DNA of 64,000 nucleotides, taken from Octopus sinensis. Taxonomy: Eukaryota. The translations under genes were made by a program, and so were the position numbers. Below, piece after piece: positions 1 through 12,713 of the stretch. The notes beneath the pieces are model-generated. The model made no database searches. It was not told the origin of the DNA and saw nothing but the letters and a program-made list of their open reading frames with translations. The stretch is taken from contig NC_043000.1 of assembly GCF_006345805.1 (NCBI RefSeq), forward strand, positions 3,162,001-3,226,000, in the 5' to 3' direction. Positions within the stretch are counted from its first letter, which is position 1; each line of letters opens with the position of its first letter.

Positions 1-926
1 TTGCATATATATATTTGTGTGTGTGTGTGTGTGTGTATGTGTGTGTGTGTGTGTGTGTTTGTATTCGTTCCCCACCACCACTTGACAACCGATGTTGGTC
101 TGTTTATGTACCCGTAACTTAGTAGCTCAGCAAAGGAAATCAATAAAATAAGTTCCAGGTTTTAAAAAATAAAGAAAGAAGTGCTGGGGTCGATTTTATT
201 CAACTAAAAATACTTCAAAGCAGTGCACCAGCACGGCCACAGCCTAATGACTGAAACAAGTAAAAAATTGAAGATAAACGAACCTTGCAGCTCACTATGT
301 AGACACAAATGATAGTCAGTGCATTCCGTTCATTGTGGTTGGTCACTGGGGCACATTTTGCACTACAAGCAGAATCTTTGACTAACCACTGATCCATGTT
401 ATCACAGATCAATTTGTGATAAGCAGATCATGGTTCACAATAGAGTGTACTTTGTTATCCAGGAACAGTGATAAATGAGGCTGTGACTGTGTGGTAACAA
501 GCTTGCTTTTCAACCACATGGTTCCAGGTTCAGTCCCACTGCATAGCACCTTGGGCAAGTGTTTTCTACTATAGCCTCAGGCCAACCAAAGCTTTGTGAG
601 TGGATTTGGTATTTGGAAACTGAAAGAAGCCTGTTGCATATATATATTTGTGTGTGTGTGTTTGTATTTGTCCCCCCCACCTCTTGACAACCAGTATTGG
701 TGTGTTTACATCCCCATAAATTAGCAGTTTGACAAAAGAGATTGATAGAATTAGTACCAATCTTAGGTGTAGGGGTTGCTGTGTGGTAAGTAGCTTGCTT
801 ACGAAAGTGTGGCACCTTGGGCAAGTGTCTTCTACTATAGCCTTGGGCCGACCAAAGCCTTGTGAGTGGATTTGGTAGCCGGAAACTAAAAGAAGTCCTT
901 TGTATATATATATATATACATATATA

Positions 927-959
<33 letters not shown>

Positions 960-1258
960 TTATCCCCCCAACATAGCTTGACAACCGATGCTGGTGTGTT
1001 TATGTCCCCGTAACTTAGCAGTTCAGCAAAAGAGACCGATAGAATAAGTACTAGGCTTACAAAGAATAAGTCCTGGGGCTCGATTTGCTTAACTAAAGGC
1101 AGTGCTCCAGCATGGCCACAGTCAAATGACTGAAACAAGTAAAAGAGTAAAAAAGTAAGTGCCAGGGTGGATTTGTTCGAGTAAAAATTTTTCTCGGCAG
1201 TGCCCCAGCATGACCACAGTCTAATGACTGAAACAAGTAAAACATAAAAGATAAAGAT
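1..1258 (+). mobile_element. Stack of three partial or complete family-A tRNA-derived SINEs plus an extra tail
   Basis: Copies at about 1-270, 479-758 and 776-1150, with a tail at 1197-1255. Shared ccttgggcaagtgtcttctactatagcc body, internal (TA)/(TG)n and ...ccagcatggccacagtc..tgactgaaacaagtaaaag tail. Confidence 0.8.
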
Positions 1259-1664
1259 AATATATTGCAGTCTGGTCTTCCATACAGAGGGTTAACAGCA
1301 GTGATTCCATACATCACGCTTCTATAGAAAAGCCAATGTAATTATACAAAAGGAATATTTTTTTTTGAGAGTTCATTGGCCATAATTGGTTGTATGTATT
1401 ATACAAGTGCATATTATATACAAATAAACATGATATCATTCATGATTATTATAAAAGGATATCATTCATGTATATAGAGAAATTATCTTATTTGTGATTA
1501 GAGAGAAATAATATTTTATGGCCAGAATAAATGGATGTTAGTAAAGATTAAGATGGGACAAATGGCAATATACTGTATAGCAGACTCAACCCAAGAGAGA
1601 TAAAAAGCACATTAAAATAGCAGTGTTGTTGTTGTTGTTACTGATGATGATGATGATGCTGATG

Positions 1665-2024
1665 TTGCTGTTGAACGAAGCGGTCTTCGTGGGGAAAGTC
1701 CGAAACGTGGTTCTTTGCTATTCGTAAGACCCGCAGAAGAAAAAGCAGGTCAACCCCCCCGACACCGAGAGCATCGACGGATGGATGAACGCGCATCCAG
1801 GCTCAGCGGTTGCGTAGGAAGTTGGGGACAAGAATCAGGAAGAAAGAGTGAGAGAGAGTTGGAGCGAAAGAGTACAACAGGGGTCGCCACCAGCCCCTGC
1901 CGGAGCCTCGTGGAGCTTTAGGTGTTTTCGCTCAATAAACACACACAACGCCTGGTCTGGGAATTGAAACTGCGATCCTCTGACCGCGAGTCCGCTTCCC
2001 TAACCATTGGGCCATTGCGCCTCC
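1665..2024 (-). mobile_element. tRNA-derived SINE (family C, body I, tail T3)
   Basis: Minus strand starts ggaggcgcaatggcccaatggttaggg (A box) ... gtttcaattcc (B box), then gagcgaaaacacctaaagctccacg, and ends in a CAA/CAT-rich tail. Confidence 0.8.
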
Positions 2025-2407
2025 ACTTGATGTTGCTGCTGCCACCAAGAATGCTGAATTGATGTGAGGTTACAGGTCATGCAGAAGACAGAACATTTTG
2101 GTACAGCAATGATTTTAAGGAAAGCTTTGTGTATGCAAAGCACAGGGAAAGAAGCAGTAGGGGACCTTTGTCAACTTGTTGACTGCTCCTTAACTGAAAT
2201 CTCCTGACTGTTCAACATTTATGAGTCTGTGATTCACAAAAATGAAAGAATAATCATTTCGACTATAGACACAAGGCCTGAAATTTGTGGGGAGGGGGAC
2301 TAGTCGATTATATCAAGACTAATGCTCAACTGGCGCTTATTTTACCAGCCTCAAATGGATTAATGGCAAAGCTGACCTCAGCACGATTTGAACTCAGAAC
2401 ATAAGAG

Positions 2408-2675
2408 TTGCTGAAGCATGGAACAAACTGCCGGCATCAGTTGTTTGTTGTCGGAGCACTGCATCCTTCAAAACTTCCATGCTTCCTGAGATTTGCCAAC
2501 ACTACACTTGATTTTCTCCCCTCCATACACACGCAAACATGTATCTGACTCACACACTGTTCGCTTTCCAGACATTTGTACATTACTGCATATACTCTAT
2601 ACGCACTTTTGACAAGTTGTAGTGCACCTGAGCACTGTATATAATAATTTCATCATTATTATTATTATTATTATT
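2408..2675 (+). mobile_element. CR1/L2-group LINE 3' fragment ending in (ATT)n
   Basis: Reads EAWNKLPASVV..RSTASFKTSML, the typical WNxLP C-terminal motif, then a 3'UTR and (ATT)n. Lies next to a degraded family-D SINE at about 2265-2404 (-). Confidence 0.55.
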
Positions 2676-2741
2676 AGAAAAGCACAAGAAATGTTGGAAA
2701 GTATTTTGTCCAGAAATGAGCCTTGTTAGCTTGCTGCCATA

Positions 2742-2955
2742 ATAATCCTTTCTTCTAAAGGCACAAGGTCTGAAATTTTGGAGTAGAGGACTAGTCGAGT
2801 ACGTCCACCCCTGTGTTTCACTAGTACTTAATTTGTCAACCTTGAAAGGACGAAAGGCAAAGTTGACCTTGGCGGAATTTGAACTCAGAACATAGAGACA
2901 GACAAAATGCTGCTAAGCATTTTGCCTGGCATGCTAACGATTCTGCCAACTCACC
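2742..2955 (-). mobile_element. Family-D SINE
   Basis: Reverse complement of gttctgagttcaaattccgccaaggtcaactttgcctttcgtcctttc...taagtactag, shared with many copies in the window. Adjacent to a long (AAT)n at about 2965-3165. Confidence 0.7.
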
Positions 2956-2980
2956 ACCTTTTACTATCATAATAATAATG

Positions 2981-3026
<46 letters not shown>

Positions 3027-3028
3027 TG

Positions 3029-3120
<92 letters not shown>

Positions 3121-3127
3121 AATAATA

Positions 3128-3166
<39 letters not shown>

Positions 3167-3700
3167 TGATGATGATGATAACAACAACAATACTAATGGT
3201 AGTGATGGCAGTGGTGGTGGAGCAGTCATGGCTTTGGTTCTAGTGGCGGATGGATGGGGTGGTGGTAATAGAGGGAAAAATAATGTTGGCATGGAGATGA
3301 TGTCAATGGCAGTAATGATTTGGAAAATAACTGCACAATGGGGGATTTATTTCAGTGTTAACACTGGTTAATACAATCGAGTTTAACCATTATTTTGAAG
3401 TGAGGTACTGGGAAATATTATTCTGTAAATCACACATTCTTAGCTGTTGGATAAAAGAAAGTTTGGAAAGGCATTAACTGGCATTACTGAACAAGAATGT
3501 GGCACAAGTGAATTCAAAGACCCAGTCTTCAACAAGCAATTAATGAGGAAACATAAATTATTATGGGTGTGTGTGTGTGTGTGTGTAGGAGGAGAAACAT
3601 TTTCGAGCTTTTACAAACCAGATTAAAGGGACATGGAGGAGGACAGAATGGGATTAACGATTACTGATGTGAAATAACCAAAGGTAATCTATGCAATATT

Positions 3701-4104
3701 GTGGCTGTGTGGTAAGTAGCTTGTTTACCAACCACATGGTTCCGGGTTCAGTCCCACTGCGTGGTACCTTGGGCAAGTGTCTTCTACTATAGCCTCGGGC
3801 CGACCAAATTCTTGTGAGTGGATTTGGTAGACGGAAACTGAAAGAAGCCCGTCGTATATATGTATATATATATATATGTATGTGTTTGTGTGTCTGTGTT
3901 TGTCCCCCTAGCATTGCTTGACAACCGATGCGGGTGTGTTTATGTCCCCGTTACTTAGCGGTTCGGCAAAGGAGACTGATAGAATAAGTACTGGGCTTAC
4001 AAAAGAATAAGTCCCGGGGTCGAGTTGCTCGATTAAAGGCGGTGCTCCAGCATGGCCACAGTCAAATGACTGAAACAAGTAAAAGAGTAAAAGAGTAAAA
4101 GAGT
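3701..4104 (+). mobile_element. Full-length family-A SINE
   Basis: gtggctgtgtggtaag (A box), ggttcagtccc (B-box-like), body, (TA)/(TG)n, then a tail ending in (GAGTAAAA)n. Confidence 0.85.
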
Positions 4105-4285
4105 TACATAAGGCAACAAACAGACAGGATATTTAGCACGCCAGGCAAAATCCTTAGCAGCTTTTTGTCCATCACTACGTTCTGAGTTCAAATTCTGCTG
4201 AGGTCAACTTTGCCTTTGTCTTGCACATGCACTTACACACACACACACATACACACACACATACACACACACACACACACATACA

Positions 4286-4316
<31 letters not shown>

Positions 4317-4341
4317 GCATGCAGACTATCATGATCACTCT

Positions 4342-4433
4342 GTTCTATATTTAAGAGATGAGGAATTATGTACATTATTTACATTATTTACATTCAACGG
4401 ATATTTGTCCTCATCTTGTTTGTTGTTAACCAC
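4342..4433 (-). mobile_element. 3' fragment of the hammerhead-bearing SINE family (tail only)
   Basis: gttctatatttaagagatgaggaattatgtacattatttac...gatatttgtcctcatcttgtttgttgttaac matches 12317-12390 and the reverse complement of 12755-12803. Confidence 0.85.
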
Positions 4434-4562
4434 TATGCCATATGCATTAGGAAGTAAATCCAGCTGGAGAAACCATGTCAAAATGGACATGTAGTCCAGG
4501 TAGCTCTTCAGCTGGTCAGCTCCTGTCAAAATGTCCAACTCATGCCAGCATACAAAACGAAT

Positions 4563-4966
4563 ACTCTCTTTTACTTGTTTCAGTCATTTGACTGCGGCCA
4601 TGCTGGAGCACCGCCTTTAGTCGAGCAACTCGACCCCGGGACTTATTCTTTGTAAGCCCAGTACTTATTCTATCGGTCTCTTTTGCCAAACTGCTAAGTG
4701 ACGGGGACGTAAACACACCTGCATTGGTTGTCAAGCTAGGGGGACAAACACAGACACACAAACATACACACACACATACATATATATGTATATACATATA
4801 TACGACAGGCTTCTTTCAGTTTCCGTCTACCAAATCCACTCACAAGGCATTGGTCGGCCCGGGGCTATAACAGAAGACACTTGCCCAAGATGCCACGCAG
4901 TGGGACTTAACCCGGAACCATGTGGTTGGTTAGCAAGCTACTTACCACACAGCCACTCCTGCGCCT
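4563..4966 (-). mobile_element. Full-length family-A SINE
   Basis: Reverse complement starts aggcgcaggagtggctgtgtggtaagtagc and ends gactgaaacaagtaaaagagagt. Confidence 0.85.
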
Positions 4967-5030
4967 ATGTTAAATGTTAAATGATGATATATTTAAAAAA
5001 TCTTTAAATATTTTGTATATTGTAGAAGTA

Positions 5031-5279
5031 GTGGAGGCACGTAACTTAGTGGTTAGGGTGTCAGCACCATGATTGTAAGATTGTGGTTTCGATTCCTGGA
5101 CCGGGCGATGCATTGTGTTCTTGAGCAAAACACTTCATTTCACGTTGCTCCAGTCCACTCAGCTGGCAAAAATGAGTAACACTGCAATGGACTGGCATTC
5201 CATCTAGCTGGGGAACACATACGCCATTGGAACCGGGAAACTGGGCCCATGAGCCTGGCTAGGCTTTAAAAGGGCGCAT
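5031..5279 (+). mobile_element. tRNA-derived SINE (family C, body II, tail T1)
   Basis: ggaggcacgtaacttagtggttaggg ... gtttcgattcc (B box) ... ttgtgttcttgagcaaaacactt ... gggaaactgggcccatgagcctggctagg. Confidence 0.75.
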
Positions 5280-5418
5280 CTATATATTTATTGTAGAAGT
5301 GGAAGCAATTTATTGCGTGTGAATTCTAACAACAAAATCTTATGTGGATCCTGGTTCAGAGCCACTGCTGTAGTTCCTAAAACCTTGTTCACTCACAATT
5401 TGATGTTTTTATTTTCAG

Positions 5419-5582
5419 GTACTACAGTGCTACAATTATCCGTATGTCTGGTGTGAAGAGTGATGAAGCTGCCATTTGGTTGTCCGCAGTGACGGCAGCA
5501 GTGAACTTCTGCTTCACTCTCGTTGGTTTGTACTTAGTGGAAAAAATTGGGCGCAGAGCTCTAACTCTCGGCAGTTTGCTGG
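5419..5582 (+). CDS. SLC2A13: SLC2A13/HMIT internal coding exon (first one visible; upstream exons lie outside or were not found in the window)
   Basis: ttttcAG acceptor at 5417-18 and GTAAGT donor at 5583. Reads (M)[54 protein letters not shown](G), matching the HMIT/sugar-porter TM7-8 region with the xGRR loop. Starts phase 2, ends phase 1. Confidence 0.95.
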
Positions 5583-5702
5583 GTAAGTCCATGTTTTAAG
5601 AGAATTGCTGCACCACCATAATTGACAAGCATGTTTCACAAAATAAAAAAAAATCAGCAAGAATAACTTTTCTTTTACCTCTTAAAACATCAAAACAATT
5701 AA

Positions 5703-6100
5703 TCTTTATATATAAAAGTGAGGTTGTGTGCTGTCTGTCTCCTATGATTTAGATTCCTAACTACTCCCACATTTTGCGGTGCAGTGTAACCAAAACTGGG
5801 TATCTTATAGTCGTGATTCATATCGAGCCCTTCTGGGTATTAGCGCGCGTCTACAATGAGTCTACAATTTAAAAAAAATTTACCATCAATTTTTCCCATT
5901 TTTAATGCATTTTTGGCATATATAAGGGAAGTAACTCTCTAAAAATTTATTATTAAATCTGAGAACGTAAAAAGCTACAGTAACCCCCCCCCCCCTTTGT
6001 GGTTAGCCATATTGAGATGGCTATTATACTTTACATCTCTAAAAATGCTTATATAGTTATTTCCCTTACAAACCCGAGCAACGCCGGACGATACTGCTAG
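5703..6100 (+). mobile_element. Non-autonomous Helitron
   Basis: Inserted between A and T. 5' TC(tttatatataaaag), 3' subterminal hairpin cccgagcaacgccgg and terminal CTAG at 6097-6100, no TSD. Second copy at 14043-14408. Confidence 0.8.
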
Positions 6101-6939
6101 TTACAAATAAAAAAGCAGTGATTTAAGTTTAATTTTTAAATGATCTATATATTAAGCAAGTTAATATTATTTTGTCTATTAAGGTTGCAGTTATTGTCAT
6201 TTGGTGTCTCTAGTTAGATTTGATCAGGCTGTACCTTTCTTAGCTTTATTCCGACAAACATATCTATATGTGTACAACCATGTACATTTATTTAACTATA
6301 TGAACTATATTTGGAATACAAGATAATATAACAGATTTTACATATGAATATAATGGATTATTGCAGAAGAATAACCAAGGAAGTATATATGGATTTAAAT
6401 ACTCTCATCAAAAGTAGTAATTTTTAATTTTTAATTTATCTTTCAAACAAACACCATTTTATAATTTTACTTCAAATGTTTTAAAAAAACTATCATTCGA
6501 TATGTTATACAGAATTCAAATTTTATATCTCTGAAGAGTAGAAGTGTTGTCTATAAATGCTTATCAATATAAGATTTCATTATAGGGACAACTCTTCTGT
6601 GAAACGATCGTAAGATGCTTTAAATAATTAATTCAAAACTTTTAAACTGTTATATACATTATATATTTATACTTATAAATATTTACATATATTTTTATAC
6701 ATTTATTTACCATGTCATTCATCACCTTTTCAGCATATGTGTGAGGATAGATGAGGTCAGAACAAGACTGAAAACAATCCGGTAGTTGCCACCTGCAATT
6801 GCTTAAAATACTAAAATAATATTAATCCTCAACTAACATTCTTTTTTCATTGCACAATTATTTCTAGTTAGCCATTTAAGACTTTATTAACTCTAACTTA
6901 ATCATTCCGTACTAATTGAAATTAATATTAGTTATTTTA

Positions 6940-7260
6940 TAACATTATAATCCCATTTAGTTATTTTATACTCATAACTAATTCATATTCATAACTAATT
7001 ATTCTGTACTAACTATAGCTACAATTGTTTTTTCTGTATTAACTATCATTTCTGTTGTTTATTCTATACTAACTATAGTCACTATTGATTATTTTGTATT
7101 AACTATAGTTACAGTTGGTTGTTGTGTACTAACTATGGTGACAATTAGTCTATATTAAATATAGCCACAGTTGGTTATCGCATACTTACTATACAGTTGG
7201 TTATTCTACATAAACTATAGTTACTATTCAATATTAACTATAGGCACAGCTGGCTACAGT
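6940..7260. repeat. Degenerate AT-rich minisatellite (about 30-bp units built on taactatag)
   Basis: Recurrent gtattaactatagttacaattg-like units. Similar units recur at about 9240-9430. Confidence 0.55.
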
Positions 7261-7319
7261 TTATTTAATTTTGAATAAAGTCATGATTTCATGAATTCAC
7301 AGATATGAGAATGTCAGTT

Positions 7320-7769
7320 CAAATACCATATGATGGCCGATGCCAGCACCGCCTTGACTGGCTTCTGTGCCAGTGGCACGTGACCTGCTGTGCTTGAGGA
7401 GACCTATTGAGTCAAGTACATCAACATCAAAATAAATATCAAATGGAAATGGTAGTTGTGATACCTGTACTGGTGGCAGGTAAAAAGCACCATCCAAACG
7501 TGGCCAATGCCAGCACCGCCTTGACTGGCTTCTGTGCCGGTGGCACGTAAAAAGCACCAACCGATCGTGGCTGCTGCCAGCCTCCCCTGGCACCTGTGCC
7601 AGTGGCACGTAAAAAGCACCCACTACACTCTCGGAGTGGTTGGCGTTAGGAAGGGCATCCAGCTGTAGAAACACTCCCAGATCAGACTGGAGCCTGGTGC
7701 AGCCTCCTGGCTTCCCAGACCCCGCTCGAACCGTCCAGCCCATGCTGGCATGGAAAATGGACGTTAAAC

Positions 7770-7798
<29 letters not shown>
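7320..7798 (+). mobile_element. Family-B element (RTE 3'UTR-derived, (GAT)n tail) with tandem ~60-nt hairpin units
   Basis: Repeated ggtggcacgtaaaaagcacc units, then cacccactacactctcggagtggttggcgttaggaaggg ... ggacgttaaac(gat)n. Confidence 0.8.
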
Positions 7799-7801
<3 letters not shown>

Positions 7802-8397
7802 GATTTGAATCTCTGTGCTTTGAGTTCAAATCCCACTAAAATCAACTCTGCTTTTCATCCTTTCAAGATGAACACCTACCATCCTGGAGCATTAGATTGG
7901 CAGATTGGCAGAACATCAAACCAGATACTTCATAGAATGGTTGAACTGAAATCCCACTGTGGCCTACACGGGTGGTTGACTTAATCCATCAACCTATTTT
8001 ACAGCTTGTGGGCAAGGTTCTTTAATGAAGTTGTGTCTAGCACAAGCATTTGGATCAGACCTCTGATTTGCGGATTCCTCCTTCCCTCTTTTCCACCAGT
8101 CTCTGAGGTTCTGTAAAGGGTCATGAGCACTGCTTTCCTTCTTGACAAAATGAAAATATAAATAGTTATTCTGTATCAACTAGACACAGGTATGGTTGTG
8201 AGTTAATAGAACAACAATAAGCCTAAACATTATACTGGACTTGCATGGATTGAACCAGCCACCTCTGGCTTAAAGTGATACCATGTGGTTTCATTTCCCA
8301 GTTTAATCTGAAACATTTCACTTACACCATAACTAATAAGCCAATGAGGGAAACTTTACACTGTCATTCAACCTACTAGAAATAGTAGTTCATTAGA

Positions 8398-8632
8398 AGG
8401 CAGCGAGCCGGCAGAAACGTTAGCACACCGGGTGAATTGCTTAGTGGTATTTCGTCTACCATTACGTTCTGAGTTCAAATTCCACCGAGGTCAACTTTGC
8501 CTTTCATCTTTTCAGGGTCGATAAATTAAGTACCAGTTACGCACTGGGGTTGATATAATTGACTTAATACGTTTGTCTGTCCTTATTTGTCCCCCCTATG
8601 TTTAGCCCCTTGTGGGCAATAAAGAAATAAGA
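8398..8632 (+). mobile_element. Family-D SINE
   Basis: aggcagcgagccggcagaaacgttagcac ... gttctgagttcaaattcc ... tttagccccttgtgggcaataaagaaataag. Confidence 0.8.
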
Positions 8633-8828
8633 AATAGTAGTTCGTCTTCCTTCGGATTATACTCTACAATCTTAAGACAAGAGGGTAATGATTATTATGC
8701 TTTTGATCATCCTAGGTATACTCACTAAAGGTAGACCTGGGGCTAAACAACAACAACATCTATTACTTATGGCTTTTGGAAAGATATGAATGTTACAACA
8801 TTCAATTTATCTTTCCTAAATATTGGTC

Positions 8829-9170
8829 TAGGGATGGCTGTATGGTTAAGAAGCTTGCTTTGCAAACATGTGGTTTCAGGTTCAGTCCTCCTGCATGGCA
8901 CCTTGGGCAAGTATCTTCTACTATAACCTCAGGCCGATCAATGTCTTGTCAGTTAATTTGGTAATAGAAAACTGTGAGGAAGCTTCTGTGTGTGTGTGTC
9001 ACCACTGCTTCACAATTGGTATTGGCTTGTATACATCTCCATAACTTAGTAGTTTGGCAAAAGAGACTGATACAATAAGTACTAGGGCTGAATTGTCCAT
9101 TCAAACCCTTAAATATGGTACCCCAGCATGGCCACAGTTCATTGACCGAAACAAGTTAAAGATTAAAGAT
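8829..9170 (+). mobile_element. Diverged family-A SINE
   Basis: ggctgtatggttaagaagcttgc ... ccttgggcaagtatcttctac ... ccccagcatggccacag ... gaaacaag. Confidence 0.7.
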
Positions 9171-10711
9171 ATATCTACCATTAACTCTAATTATAACTCT
9201 ATTGCTATACATTATTGGTTATGTATAGCATAGCATACCTATAACCTTAATTTCTATTTTGTACCTATGACAGCTAAAACTGGACTGCACCAACTATAGC
9301 TACAATCAGTTATTTCATAGTATATACAATATATATAACAACTATGAACATAATTGCTTTTATTGTACCAACAATAGCTAGAATGGATTTTCGCTATATT
9401 CACAATTATTCATCTTATACGAACTGTAGCTGGAATTGGCAAATGTAAGCTAGATCTATTTTATTTCTGTTTTATGCACTTTATTTTAGATATTTCATCA
9501 CTATGTCTGAGAAACTGCAATATCTTTAGAGCTTACATACTGTTAAACAAGACACCATATTTAATCTCTATAGAGAATTTCCGGAAATAGATTTTGTTTG
9601 GCAAATACATGCTAAGTTGTACCAAACAATCTGAAGTATTATGTCTAAAGAACAAATTGTATACAACATTTTTCACCAATTCTAACGTCTTTTAACTTGT
9701 TATCTGTAGAGTAATGTCTTTTTATTTCCAACGTCTTCTAAAATAAAGTAAAAATGGTTCTATATAGCTCTTTTATTGATTTATTTCTCCCTTCATCTAC
9801 CACCTACTCTTGTTCTCTTTGTTGTATTTCATAAATTTAAGATTATCTCGTAGTAAAATCACTTTCCAAGCCTAATTAATTTTTCTCCTGATAAAATATA
9901 CTTGATGAAAGCTACTTCAAATCTGAATAGCAATCTGAAATAGTTTCTATCTTACCTGATTGTCTCTGCTGCTTTATGTCTATAAGTGAGCATAAAACTC
10001 TATGTCACTTGCTGCAATCTGCCTACTTTCCTTCTACACTTACCCTCACATACAATTTTATTTTATCGTATCACAGTGTTTCTCTATCAATTTCATCCAA
10101 TTTATATTCTGTAGAATATTGCAATTTTCTGTATTTCACTCGATTCCATACTTACAGACACCATTCAACGACTCGTTCTCTTTAATAGCTTCAGTCAGCT
10201 GGAGTCTGCCGCATATTTCTCTACTTCCCTTTACTCTCGGTTTTCTGTAAAAGAACATACAAAAGGGTCATTGCTTGGATAATTAAATTGAAAATGAAGT
10301 AAAAGAAGGCTGATTTTTTTTCTCCTTTTCATCTTTTATTTCACAGTTGAACAACTCTGCACACATTAAAATGTTTCTTTTGAAGTGGAGCAAATATTGT
10401 AATAAAAACATAAATGGAAATAATAGATACCTGGATCAAAGAGACACACTCTGTTATTGTTAATACTTAAAATAATTTATCACATTTATAGAATAGCATA
10501 TTATAGGATACATGCTTATCATATATTATGGCTACTAAGATATATTTGTGGTAAGGAGAAAGGGTGGGGAGTCAGAAAGAAATTAATTATGAGAGGGGCA
10601 GTGTAGGAGTTGTAAAAAAGAGAAATCAAAGGTTGAGAGAGGTGACAAGAGAGAAGAGTCAGGAGAGTCAGAATAAGGAAGAGGATGCTTCATTTTGTTG
10701 ACTCTTCTCTC

Positions 10712-10870
10712 TACTAGCATAGCTAGAGTGTGCTGCCCAGGGCGGCCCTTCCGTTTGCAGCCCCTGGACCCCACAAAAAACATTTATTGCCTACAGTAAT
10801 AGCCTACAACAGGATGAAAAGTGCCACTCCCTTTAAAAGTGCCACCCAGGGTCCCCTAGCTACACCAGTG
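10712..10870. mobile_element. hAT-type MITE with 8-bp TSD
   Basis: Imperfect 15-bp TIRs (tactagcatagctag / ctagctacaccagtg) flanked by an exact 8-bp direct repeat CTTCTCTC at 10704-10711 and 10871-10878. Confidence 0.75.
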
Positions 10871-10999
10871 CTTCTCTCTAGTGAACTGCAAGAGAAGTAA
10901 GTCAGAACTGTAAAATCAATTTTGGTTTGCTTATGCTTCCTGAAAAAAACTGATATAATAATGTTACATAGACTATGTTTGATTGAGTGTTCCACAGTA

Positions 11000-11790
11000 A
11001 TTGTTTGACAAGGAACATTTTATAGTAAATGCTTGACAGTATGAGTTTGACAGAGTAAATTGTCAGTAGTAAACATTTGACATAATTAATTGTTGACAGT
11101 AAATATTTAACAATAAATGTTTAATGCAGTAACTGCTTTGCAGTAAATATTCACTAGTAGCTCTTTATTAGTGTTTGATAAAGAAAATGTTCAAAAAGAA
11201 ATAGTTTACGAATAAAAATTTGGTTAACAATATATAACAATATATGTATTTGAAGAAATAAATGTTTGACAGTAACTATTTGACAGTATATATGTGGAAG
11301 GGTAAATGTTTGACAGAGATGTTGGACAGTCTTGATGTTTAATAGAGTAAATGTTCAATTGTGTAGATGTTTCACAGTAAATATTTGATAGGACAATATT
11401 TGAAATAATTGTCTACTGATAAATGTAAATTTTTTTATAGTAATTGCTTCATAAAGGAAATGTTCAATAGTAAATTATTAACAAATTAACAAATATCGCC
11501 ATCATCATCATAAGAATCTGACAATAAATTGTTTGTTAGAGCAATTGATTGAAAATATATATGCATGACAGTAAATATTTGTCAGAGTAAATATTTGATG
11601 GGATAAATATTTGACAATAAATGATTGACAATCAATATATTTGTTAAATGATTGACTTTGACAATAGATGTTTAATGTAAATGAGAAAGTGCATTTGTCA
11701 GCAATTGTGTGAAAGACTAAATCATACATAATAAATTTTATAAGATTAAATTCTCAACTAAGTGAATGTTTGACAGAGTAAATTTTGACA
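11000..11790. repeat. Degenerate minisatellite of gtaaat(a/g)tttgaca units
   Basis: Many imperfect copies of agtaaatgtttgaca or gtaaatatttga with variable spacing. Confidence 0.6.
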
Positions 11791-11924
11791 TGCAAGATGG
11801 TATCAAAAGGTTTTAGGACTAGTTATGTTTAATAAAAAGTAATTTATTTACCTAGATTTTAATACTGGTCCCAGCATTCCTGCTACTTTTGGAATCCACC
11901 CTGGAAGTTGTTTTCCATAAGCAA

Positions 11925-12190
11925 GTTGAGGACTGCCAGCCTCGTCTGGCACCTGTGTCGGTGGCACATAAAAAACACCATCCAAGCGTGGCCGTCTGCC
12001 AGCCTCGTCTGGCACCTGTGTCGGTGGCACATAAAATCACCCACTACACTCTCGGAGTGGTTGGCGTTAGGAAGGGCATCCAGCTGTAGAAACACTGCCA
12101 GATCTGACTGGCCTGGTGCAGCCTTCTGGCTTGCCAGACCCCAGTTGAACCGTCCAACCCATGCTAGCATGGAAAGCGGACGTTAAACGA
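11925..12190 (+). mobile_element. Family-B element (RTE 3'UTR-derived)
   Basis: Two ~62-nt hairpin units, then the cacccactacactctcggag core and ggaaagcggacgttaaacga end. Confidence 0.8.
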
Positions 12191-12385
12191 TTCTGGATCT
12201 CAACAAGTGTTAAAACAGTGATGTTTGAGCTGCATTTTCATCTTGAGAAAGAGATAGAAGTCCACAGGTGTTAAATCTGGTGAACAGGGCAGGTACAGAA
12301 GTGATACCATGTTAGAGTTCTATATTTAAGAGATGAGGAATTATGTACATTATTTACATTTGATGGATATTTGTCCTCGTCATTA

Positions 12386-12430
12386 CCACAACGTTTCAGG
12401 TGATATACCCTCCAGCCTTCTTCAGGTGTC
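12386..12430 (-). ncRNA. Minimal type I hammerhead ribozyme motif
   Basis: Minus strand reads gACAC CTGAAGA a ggctg-gagggtatat-cacct GAA ACGT T GTGg: core boxes intact, palindromic ACGT helix III, 3-bp helix I, imperfect helix II. Confidence 0.7.
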
Positions 12431-12484
12431 TTGGGGAAATTTCGAATCTGGGTCCTCATTCCTAAGGTATTTTTTGATTATTGC

Positions 12485-12517
<33 letters not shown>

Positions 12518-12713
12518 CATTATTATTATTATTATTATCGTTATTGTTATTGTTCAGGTCATTGCTTGGAATCAAACTTGGAATCTTGAGGTTAGTAGCC
12601 CGTGCTCTTAACTGCAAGATTCCGAGTTCAATTCCAAGCAGTGACCTGAACAACAACAATAACAATAATAATAACATTGAAAAATTGAGAACCCAGGTTT
12701 GAAATTTCCCCAA

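Noticed and set aside
12555-12650. tRNA genes (here and at the heads of families A and C)
   Set aside because: Only A/B-box and partial arm similarity, with no complete cloverleaf or acceptor stem. These are SINE heads.
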